From: Paraphysomonas bandaiensis
Lineage: Eukaryota > Protista > Chrysophyceae
Length of the DNA stretch: 64,000 nt
Direction of reading: 5' to 3'
Assembly: GCA_965644295.1 (NCBI GenBank)
Contig: CBFFRP010000366.1
Span: 1-64,000 of the forward strand
Shown: positions 53,600 through 64,000 of the stretch, piece by piece
Position numbering within the stretch: position 1 is the first letter of the stretch
Layout: every line of letters starts with the position of its first letter
Made by a program: the position numbers and the translations under genes
Notes under the pieces: generated by a model
Told to the model about the DNA's origin: nothing
Database searches by the model: none
What the model saw: only the letters and a program-made list of their open reading frames with translations

Positions 53600-55293
53600 T
53601 CACACTCATTAACCACAGTCAGTAACCACACTTTTATAAGAAGTAATATATTTACATTCAATTAAACTTATTGTACTACTCTACTGAATAGTACTATCAG
53701 AGAGTGTGCTTGCATGCACATACAAATCGTTTGCTAGTGTTTGACTATAACTAAAGTACTCAAAATCTTCGGAATCGACATTCATTATATGACGATATAA
53801 TACGTTGAAAGTGTTTTGAAGTATACAACCGAACATAAACGAATTATGCTTTGCCACCATTCCTGTGTGGCCATCATACCCTGTGTTTGATTTGCATGTT
53901 GTATCTGTCACAGGCATGTAACAGCTTGGAATAGTCATCACAAACAGGAATATATGTTGTAAAGGCTTTGGTTGCCCTCCTCGTGAACGCATTACTTAAT
54001 GCTGTGCGTTGCATCCCATCATTTCTATGAGCGTGCACAATTATTTGCTTCTGTCTCTCGTTCCACAACCCATTCCATTACCCCTCATATCTACTTCGTC
54101 TCGCATCAGTCGTGTCAACGCAGGAAATTGCTTTGGATTAATAGCTCCTATAAATTTCACTCCCTTATTATATGCAATATTTGCCACCCAGCATCATCCA
54201 AGTAATACGAGTCAAAAACCAGGACTGACTCAGTCTTATGGGCAGAATTAAATTGATGTATGATATTGCCCCCCAGTTGCTGACAACGTTGTTGGAAACA
54301 GGTATAGACTCCCCCAGTGGTTTGATAGCATCGTGCAGCCATACATCCAACATGTAAGTCAACTTGTGTTTCAGAGGTGCACATATATAGCTCATACAGC
54401 CACAACCCTTCCTTGTCCGGTTTCATGTAAACAGCACGTACATCCGGACTTTTACCTTCAAATCAATATTTTATTACGTATAGTAAGCAATATTTTGCTA
54501 GCACCTGAAAACTGTAGAAGCTTCTAATCTCCAGCAAAAGCACGACCAAAATCCCTCTAAGGATGCTTCTGAAGTTCGAAGATATATTTTCAGAGTAGCA
54601 CTTGTCGAACGTAAAGTTGGAAGTGAATATTTCGGCAAATCGTATGCCAACGACGAAATCGTAAGATAATTTCTTCTGAACTCTTTCGGTAATACTCAAG
54701 TTGTGAACGCAGTGGACGGATCTTCTTCTGGACACCAGTAAACACGAACTGTTCGCCATAAATCCAAATTGCAAGCATCTTGTATATCTTACTCACAGAT
54801 AACAGCACAGAGTCCCCTCTGTTGCAAAGGAGGTGCTCAGGATCTATATCTCGGGCAATTGTCGTGACAAGTGCAGGTGTAACAAACGTTAGAAATATGC
54901 TCAGAAGCGTTGGTCCTTCGCAGCTTAAACGTCGGATATTGGCTGAGAAGGTCTGAATCTGGCTAATGAAACGATTCATGTCTCCAATCAATCCGCTTCC
55001 ACTGCTTTTGAAGCTTCTTCGACTCAGCCCTAATTTTGGCTTGTCGTGCATCCTTCTCTGTGCGCTCTTATGGAGACATCTTTCAGTATAAGAATGAGTC
55101 GAATATAATGAAGTTACCAGCACATTGCACATCATTTTGCCCTGTGATTGGGTCACTGGGAGTGTTGTCTGCTGGTGTCATATAAATTCACATACTTCAT
55201 TTGAGTCGAGTCCGAATTGACTGTTACGTTTTTTCCGTACATAGCAACAGTATTTTCTGTTTTTTTGAGCTGTGATGGTGAGTTTGAGTGTGG
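53600..55293 (-). mobile_element. piggyBac-like element 2 with frameshifted transposase
   Basis: Paralogous fragments MKPDKEGLWLYEL, VLVFDSYY, CDDYSKLLHACDRYN, FMFGCILQNTF lie in shifting frames. Ends ttaa|tcacactca and tgagtgtgg|ttaa give TTAA on both sides. Confidence 0.8.
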
Positions 55294-55721
55294 TTAAACC
55301 AAATACAGATGTTAGCCACTAGGACGAGTTGATGAACAAATCAATTTCTTGAGAAGGAGATTGAAAGAATCTTAATTCAGGAGTGATTCCCGTTTAGGCA
55401 TTGCGTAAGGTTATGTCACGTTAGAATTTATATTATTGATAAAATTTCTGAAGCTAATGGGAACGCAATGCCGGATGTATGAATATTTCAATATATGACG
55501 AACGACATAAATGAGCAGAGAAGACAATAAGGGAAAATATTGACGGGATATAGTTATAGCAATGTAAATAAGCATGCTTCAAGGTAGTAATTATTTCAGC
55601 CATGGGAAAACAGGGAGAATATAAATACCACGCAGGAGTCACAGTCACGAAAATACAACGCCAGTATACTACGTGACACACTGTGACAACAACACTGCAT
55701 TGACATAATTATTGGATGCCA

Positions 55722-56271
55722 TTAGTTAGAGTTGCAAACGCCGCAAGTTGAGCAAGTAGACCAGTACTTCCAGGTGTTGCCGCCCCACCCGAACACCATT
55801 TTAGCTGAAAAATATAAACATTAAAACATTAAATATATACACTCAGTATTGAATAGCCATACAGTATGTGTGAGACTATCAACATGAGTCACACTTACCG
55901 CAATTAAGATTAGTGCTGGGGTCACATGGAGCCTTCCCACCACTGCAAGATGACCAGTTCATGTCGTTGACCTGCCACAGACCAACATCATAACTGCCCC
56001 CGTTACCATTCTGATTAACAGCATTCGCATTTCCACCGCTCTCGTGATTCATGATACACTCACAGCTCGACTGCTTCCAACCAGAGTACTTCGAACACCA
56101 TGAGCTGACACTCTGATAGTTAGTGGATGACCCGCACGGGCATGATCCACATCCTCCCGGACAATTCCCTCCACAGGTAGACGACGTCACGTTAAAGTCC
56201 ACATGAGGGTTAGTGGTGCCTGCACAGGCGATAGCAAGAGAGCACAGGAGAAGAACAACGGCTTTAATCAT
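55722..56271 (-). CDS. Secreted lysozyme-like (SLT/C-type fold) protein, copy 1 (151 aa; intron 55805-55898)
   Basis: Signal peptide MIKAVVLLLCSLAIACA; Cys-rich CGGNCPGGCGSCPCG; catalytic-like HESGGNANAVN..YDVGLWQVND. Confidence 0.82.
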
Positions 56272-56749
56272 TCTTTTAGTTATTAATGAGACTGTATTTA
56301 TCTTAGCAGATATACACACTCATATCATCTCATATCATACGTATGGTATCATCACTCATACATGCGTACCACATGCAGCAGTACACCATACTGGTACAGT
56401 ACAGTATATACGCTACCGGATATCTGAGATATCCCCATGCAGCTTTTGTGCCTGTATTTCGAAGGATAGAAAGTTCTTTTTCTTCAACTAAAACTGAAAC
56501 TGAAAACCATATGAATCGCCTGTACACAGCAACCTCTCGACCATATTCAAGGAATATTCATGTACAGGTGTGTCCAATACTAGTACCAGACATCTAGTTG
56601 TGCCTGTATCCAGTGAAATACAATAGCAATGAACACATATATACAGACGTCACTGTGTCGATATAATACAGTAATTAGGATTTTAGGGGTAAGCAAAAAT
56701 GCTTACCACAAAAATGCTTACCCTTGTAACAGAAAATGACCTAACATAT

Positions 56750-56778
56750 GCATGTATGTATGTATGTATGTATGTATG
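56750..56778. repeat. (TATG)n microsatellite, short
   Basis: Visible run upstream of lysozyme copy 2. Confidence 0.85.
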
Positions 56779-56856
56779 AATGCCAAGACAACAACTGCCT
56801 GTTATTATAACACAACTCTACAACACACACATACATTCATCCAATCAACTAAAAGA

Positions 56857-57406
56857 ATGATTAAAGCCGTTGTTCTTCTCCTGTGCTCTCTTGCTATCGC
56901 CTGTGCAGGCACCACTAACCCTCATGTGGACTTTAACGTGACGTCGTCTACCTGTGGAGGGAATTGTCCGGGAGGATGTGGATCATGCCCGTGCGGGTCA
57001 TCCACTAACTATCAGAGTGTCAGCTCATGGTGTTCGAAGTACTCTGGTTGGAAGCAGTCGAGCTGTGAGTGTATCATGAATCACGAGAGCGGTGGAAATG
57101 CGAATGCTGTTAATCAGAATGGTAACGGGGGCAGTTATGATGTTGGTCTGTGGCAGGTCAACGACATGAACTGGTCATCTTGCAGTGGTGGGAAGGCTCC
57201 ATGTGACCCCAGCACTAATCTTAATTGCGGTAAGTGTGACTCATGTTGATAGTCTCACACATACTGTATCGCCATTCAAAACTGAATGTATATATTTAAT
57301 GTTTTAATGTTTATATTTTTCAGCTAAAATGGTGTTCGGATGGGGCGGCAACACCTGGAAGTACTGGTCTACTTGCTCAACTTGCGGTGTTTGCAACTCC
57401 AAGTAA
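56857..57406 (+). CDS. Secreted lysozyme-like protein, copy 2 (151 aa; intron 57230-57323)
   Basis: Near-identical inverted copy of 55722-56271; ends NSK* versus NSN*. Confidence 0.82.
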
Positions 57407-58449
57407 AATCACTTCTGGGCTAGTTTGCGTTACTGCATTTGTCCATGCCTACATCTATTAAATGTTGATGTTACATTTATGAATTTAGGCTCTGACCGAT
57501 ATGTTTTTTTTATGTAGTTAGAGTTATGCCTGATCTCGATGCAGTCATTTTGCCATGTGTGTGTATTACTGAAGTCGGTATGATTATACACTATTCAAGT
57601 TTTATTAATGCAAAAATTCAAGTGTTTGCCACGAATAATATGCAGCAAAGCCATTGTAGATGAAGCATAACCTAAACTTCGAAACAACTTCAAGAATATT
57701 TCAAGAGAGTTTAAGTGCCATATCTGAAGCTGTACAGGTGGTTAAGGGTAGTGGCATCCAGTTCTTTTAGGGTTTGGGTTGCATTGTGTTTACAAGGACA
57801 TTTTGTACCTCATATCATACACACATCATTCTATCAGGTGCACTAGCAGAGATTAAGCGTATTGTATATAAATGTGATGATAACTCTAATTAAGGCAATA
57901 AGAAGCCTTTCGTGCGACTACCACTGTTCATATTCATCATCACACTTATGTACGAATTTCAACACCTCACAGTTGTCATTTCCTCACAGTTGTCATTCCC
58001 TCAGTTTCCTTCTGTGGTAGGAGTGCATTTGTTGTAGCTGTTATATATATAAATTTGGGGGTTTCTTGCTATTCCCAAAGCATACACAGTATATACATTC
58101 AATATGAATCTCATTTGTTTTCGTAATGTTAATCAGGAAACAACTATTTCTTCTTACAGCAATCAAGCTACTAATAGCTTTACAATCTAATATGAAGTTT
58201 TCAACATCATGAGGATAAGCTACAATTTAACATAGTGATAAGGAGTATCGTCCCTTGTCTATACTTTAAAACTCTGAATTTTCGCCCTCGTTTCAAAACT
58301 TGAGCGCGGGACGATATAGCCTCCTTATTACCTGGGGTTAAATATAGCTAAAAGCATACGATATATCATTAGCAATTCTGTCTGGGTATGTTACCGGGAA
58401 AATTTTGTATCGTGACGAAATGGGCTCGTATCAGTAGTCGTGAATGTCT

Positions 58450-58850
58450 TATTATTATTAGCAGTAGGCGTGTACGGTGTACTATTCAGAACTAATGTAG
58501 CATTGCAATTTAAATAACTAGTGCTTAACTCTGATATCCTACTATTTAGCGCTACGAAAGCTGCTTGTGCGTCACCGCTAGAGCACCAACGAGTAACCAT
58601 TCTGACTTCAGGATTTTTGAGTCCTTAAGGTGAACAGCCGATGCGTGACTTCAGCAAGCAGTCCAATACCGAGGATGCCCTTGAGGTGGGCCCATTCCCG
58701 GATGCCTGTTTATTCGTCAAGAAGGCCTAAAGACGTCTACACAAGTGACACTTATATTAGATATTAGTGTCCCTTGTACCACACAAGCATTTGGCTATGA
58801 GTGGGCAGAACAATATCTGCTGACTATATATGCATATATATATATATTTC
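58450..58850. repeat. Dispersed repeat family, copy 2
   Basis: Homologous to 50730-51275 in the same orientation. Confidence 0.8.
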
Positions 58851-59854
58851 TAGTACAACATCACTACTAGTTGATAGTTGAGTAGTTTGTAATACCAAGG
58901 CATCAGGTAGCTGGCTATTACAAGTGTAGCAATCTTGGGTGTAGTGGAGATGGTGGATTATAAGGTTGTTGTGATATGAGGGCCAAGGCGAAGTAGTATA
59001 GGCAATAGCGTGAGATAAGAGGTAGAAGATGGTTAAGACAAGGTCACGAGATACGAGTATTAAGGCCAGATACAGGGTTGGAGTGTACCGGGACTATCCG
59101 TACATACGGACGTAACGGACGTTTATTGTAACCCGTACAGTATTATGGTAGTATAAGTAGTATGTAGACGTTGTATGAGACAATATGGAGTAGATATCAA
59201 AGGACAATAAGAGATTGCTGTAGGGATATTTCTGGAAGTAGAAATTAGCTATTTATGGCTAGAAACCCATCTCTAGAACAGCTATGGAAAAATAGGCTAA
59301 GTTATACGAGTTTTTAGATAGGACAGAATCATAAGGTAAAAGGGATATAATAAGCACAGTTAAGTGTTAGTGAAATTAAGCGCTATCTATCTGCCTACTG
59401 TCCATTGCGCGCATGGATAAAGAAGGTATGTCCGCTGAAACCCGTATGGATGACACTCAATTATCCGACGTCGCCACACAAGTTTATAATTTGGGGGATT
59501 TTAGAATATCCAAATAGTGTTGTTGTTGCTATTAGCGCTCAATACTCAATACAGTACAATACTTGCTGTAGCTTAGAAGCTGTAGACATGCAACTGAGAT
59601 AATTGTGATCGTAGGTAAAAATAAGTTTTACCGTTTTGGGAGCAAGTGAATGTATGGTCCAAAGTCCAAACGTCCATAGAAGTCAGTAGATTTATAAAAT
59701 CAAAATAAACGAACTTTATAACATCGCTTTATTGTTTACTCTGAGTATTAGTTGTTGATTTAACCTCATGTCATATCAACGTCAAAAATACACACCAACA
59801 AGTACCCGACGAGTTGATTCTGCACTCAATAATTAGTCATAGAATTTAAAAATC

Positions 59855-62800
59855 TCAATTTTCAAAACACAAATTTTCGACAACGTTATCTCCTGTTACA
59901 CGTCCAGAACTATCCGAACTGGACACCCGAAGCAGTTGATTTTCGACCCGTTCAACGTTATCGTCAGCTGAACTGTCATGTAAATATTCCGCACTCATGT
60001 TATCCTTATCTGAACCGTCATCTTGTAAATACTCCTCACATATGACATAAGGAACAGCAGATGAGGAATACTTTCGGTTCTCGCCGGCGGGGTTGTTTTC
60101 ACGGCTGAATGTGCTCTCCTGGCTACTTCTACTGGTACATTTTGATACCGGTGATATTTCAATAGACTGGACTCCTCCAGTGCTATGAGACGGAGACCTC
60201 ACGGAGTCAAAACTAAGTGTGAGTGTTCCACACCTCCCCTCATCATCCACTGAGCTCGTGTCTACCTCGGAAGAGCTTCTGTTCAAGTGCTGCCGGAAAC
60301 TCATACCCAGCTTCGTGACACATGGCGTTTGTGACGCACGGCGTGTATGATGCCGTCCTCCACTCTTGGACGCCCTCCGAGCTCCACTTACACTGGTCTT
60401 CCGAATATTTCCACGCGAATCTTCTTCGGAGGATTTAATTGAGTGATTGTGAGGGGTGCCCTGTGGGCTACACACTGTATGGACACGTTGAGTGTTCTTC
60501 GTTCCGATAGTAGAAAGCACCAAACTACGTATGCTTGTCCTAGTTGCTTTGATACTCTTCTTCTGATCGTAGCTGCTGAGTATATCTCGCCGCCTCTGTA
60601 AATGCCAGATTTTCATTCAGTTAAAACTTAGCAAAATATATCCACCTGTAAATCTTCGGTAACAGCATCGTCTGGGAAAATAACTCTGTTCAGGTCACGA
60701 ATCGATAGTTCACCCGTCTTCGCAATATCAATTCTAGAAAAAAGCCTCTTATACCTTTCGTCACTACATAAAAAATATTTTTAGCACAACAGGTACGCAT
60801 CCAGAATCGCTACCAAACCTATAATGTAAATTAAGTACACTCAACATCTCCCTAAATTCAACGGGACTAATAGCCCCACTCATATCTGAGTCAATCTCGT
60901 TGAATAGACACCTCAGAACCTATAAACGAAGGTGAGTTGTTAAAATAAGCACGACATTTGGAGTTAAGCCACCTGTTTTTGATCACCCACCGCTCCTCTT
61001 AATCTGCGCAGAACTTTTTCTCTTAGTTCATTGCAAAGGTTTTGGTTTTTTTCCTCTTCCTCAACGATTGTACCTATACAGTGTACAAAACAAGACATAA
61101 TATTTTAACATTTTCAATATAAGCACTGTAAAAAGGGAATGCTCACCTATTACGTCAACATTCAGCTCTGCTATAGCAGATATAACTGATGCAATCTTGA
61201 CTGTCTCTCCTATCAGAGGTATCACCAGTACCAGTGGAACAAGCCTGAAACTATCGATTACCAAACTAAATGGCCTTCCACACATGGATTGCAAATACGA
61301 TATAACACTCACATTAGTATCTGCCACAACCATGAGTGTGGTAGTGCCCTTTCAACTGCAGTCACAAAGTTCGATATCCAAAGTGATAAATACAAGGAGT
61401 TAAGCATAATTGCTATTTCAACAGCCCTGCACGTATCGTATCACCCTCAGGAATATTAGCAATATATAGATACAAAGGAAAGCACCTGAAGAAGAGCTCG
61501 GGGCTGTTAAAGAGGAAAATAGAGCTCAAATCTTCACTCAGTTTTACATCAGCATCATCAGTGGATATCTCGTTATTGTGAGCTCGTTTGAAAAATGACA
61601 TACCAAAATTTCCTTTGGGGTTCTTATCCAATCTCCCAATACCACCAATAACGGTAGATTCATTAGACTGTAGTGGCTTTGGTCGTACTGTCTTTACCAT
61701 TTTCCCAATGACAGCTGAAATGGACGATCTCCGTCTACCATTTACGGGACTTGTTTCACTGGGTGAATGACGAATAGTAGTATCAGACACAGCGTCATTC
61801 TTGAGATACTCGTCGCTGCCTAATGAGGGGCGGAAAATAAGCTGTCGTGGATTACGGTTATCAGTTACACCAGTAGATTGCATTGGTGCAGCAGGAAGCC
61901 CTGAGATATCATAACCACCTCATTAAATCGGAAACATAGCGGCAAGACGCTATACTTACCCTCGCGAATTCGATTTGTATTTCCTCCAATCCATATTTTC
62001 ATTTTAGTTTTCTTGGTTTTGTTCTGTAGATCTCGAAAGGACTGCGACAACGCAATTGATGAATGCAAAGTTTATGGAGACATCTAGTCGAACAGTGTGA
62101 GTAGTGAATTCACCTGACCGAGACCACCACTTCTGACACTTTTCTCTACATGTATACACACGATAATCATATTCATTCGAGAACAGGAAATAGCTTACTC
62201 ATATTCTTCGCAACTGTTTGAATGATATTGGGTTTCTTTTTGTTATATCGTCTGGGTATCTTTACATCAGCAAGACGTTCTTCGTCGGCCTGAAATGAAA
62301 GCAAGGTATAAAAAACGCCCCTGTATTATGCTCAGTGTCCCACCTTGAGGTGGTTGGCTTCAACAAAAATGAGAAATTCTTCATAGTCATCTGTGGAAAC
62401 TACTCCTGCCCTAGCCATGAGCCTAGCATACAAACTCATCAGTGTCAGCACTCTAAACCAAGTGGAAAAGAGAATACTCATGTAGACGGCGATGTACGTA
62501 CTCTTACATATAGAGTTGAACAAATTGAGGTCAATACTTCCACAACAAAGAGTAAGTATACACAGAAGTGTGATATTCAACTTACTGTTCCTCATAAAAC
62601 TTCCCCACAAAGTAAAGTGCAAGAGCATACACACATATAAAAAATCCACAGAAGAAAAATAGTTTCAAGTGCTGCTTGGTGCATTTATTGGAGACCTGAC
62701 GTAGTTCTCTTCCAACAGCAACATACACGCTCCACTCGAGGCCTTCGCCAATATGTTGGGGAGAGGAGAAGTCCTCAGACTCTGTATATGTTTACCTTAG

Positions 62801-63555
62801 TAATATCAAATGTCTGAACGAAAAATATATGACGTGCCTTGCTTCTCTTCCACATACTTGAAGTCGCGGCAGTTACCAAACTCGTTGCCGAGATAGTTTA
62901 ATCGAATATAATTAGCACCACAAAGCAACACCATGATCACCCAACTAGAATTTTGCACATTAATTAGCTTGAGTGAATATCGGGCCAGACACCCGCTTAG
63001 ATATGCACCATAGTCAAAACTCCCAGGCAGCCAATAAGTGTTTCGAAAAAGCGCATATATGATCTTGAACTCGATGACTGTGCGCTGGGGTGAGAATGGC
63101 AGCAAACGCATCGTGAAAAGGTACCAACTGAGCCACGTCTCCTGCGCACGATCGCAGAGTTCCAATGTATCCGCTAGAGACATCGCATGCAGTCTGGAGT
63201 ACGTTTTTGAGGTCATCATCGACACCATCATTATATACAAGGAATGAGCAACAATAAATGTAGCAAGAAAAAAGAGAACATATCCCACAAAATCAATAGC
63301 TGTGAACCAAGAATCTGTCTCAGAAGGATGCTTGGTAGCCTGATACATAGCCACAGTAAATGACACAAACCCCATTATCATGAGCTCCTTGTATATCTTC
63401 TGAAGCATTTGATTATATATAACCGACCCCTTTAAAGCATTTTCAGCAATTCGTGTAAAGTTTTCAAAGAGAATGAGAAAAAGTATCGTACCAACGAATG
63501 CAATTGACGCAACATCACTATCAACTTTACTTAATATCCCAAATTGGAATGGCAT
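59855..63555 (-). CDS. MLO-like multi-pass membrane protein with a C-terminal EF-hand pair, multi-exon
   Basis: LQKIYKELMIMGFVSF resembles MLO LEKIKxELMLLGFIS; FDYGAYL..INVQNSSW resembles MLO FDFHKY..VGIS..W. EF-hand loops DSDMSGAISPVE (about 60857-60892) and DIAKTGELSIRD (about 60694-60729). Confidence 0.72.
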
Positions 63556-63585
63556 ATCTACAAGGATCTCACCCTCCCTCCCTCT

Positions 63586-63722
63586 GTATGTATGTATGTA
63601 TGTATGTATGTATGTATGTATGTATGTATGTATGTATGTATGTATGTATGTATGTATGTATGTATGTATGTATGTATGTATGTATGTATGTATGTATGTA
63701 TGTATGTATGTATGTATGTATG
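63586..63722. repeat. (TATG)n microsatellite
   Basis: Visible run about 30 bp upstream of the MLO-like ATG. Confidence 0.97.
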
Positions 63723-64000
63723 TGTGTTAGTCTCTGCAGATGATCACATCATCTTCACTAGTAAGCGATGGGCTATAGCAGGTATAAGTAGAAGACCCTT
63801 TCCGTTCATGTGTAGATTATAATACATACATAGCTATATGGAGAAGTTGAAAGGAATGTGTGCTTTAACGCCTACTGCCATATTCATACCCCCCCCTGCC
63901 CTGTACTGTGGGCCCGTCTGTAACCGAGACACTCTATATGTACTGCTGTATACTCCATATGTACTGTACTGTACCACCTGCTGCTGGAGCTGCAGTACTA

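Overview
Eukaryotic genomic DNA with many short GT-AG introns, mostly about 45-100 nt. The gene content (PT-repeat/REJ giant protein, MLO-EF-hand protein, hybrid histidine kinases, secreted lysozyme-like proteins) suggests a stramenopile, possibly a phagotrophic chrysophyte; this is inference. Host genes: EFR3-like, a ~4250-aa LRR/PT-repeat/REJ polycystin-like receptor, a Slo/BK-type K+ channel, proteasome alpha5, an App1-like HAD phosphatase, two inverted hybrid histidine kinases, two inverted lysozyme-like genes and an MLO-like EF-hand protein. Mobile DNA: a Copia integrase remnant, a Harbinger-like TIR element, MITEs, a pogo derivative, two piggyBac-like elements and a 1188-bp LTR-like insertion carrying a SET-domain ORF. 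The most notable feature is the 3.26-kb, 179-bp tandem repeat at 30623-33880. On the minus strand each unit contains an invariant 90-nt box C/D snoRNA resembling SNORD100, with an 18S rRNA guide and compensatory non-canonical C/D boxes. The apparent satellite is therefore probably a 19-copy snoRNA gene array.
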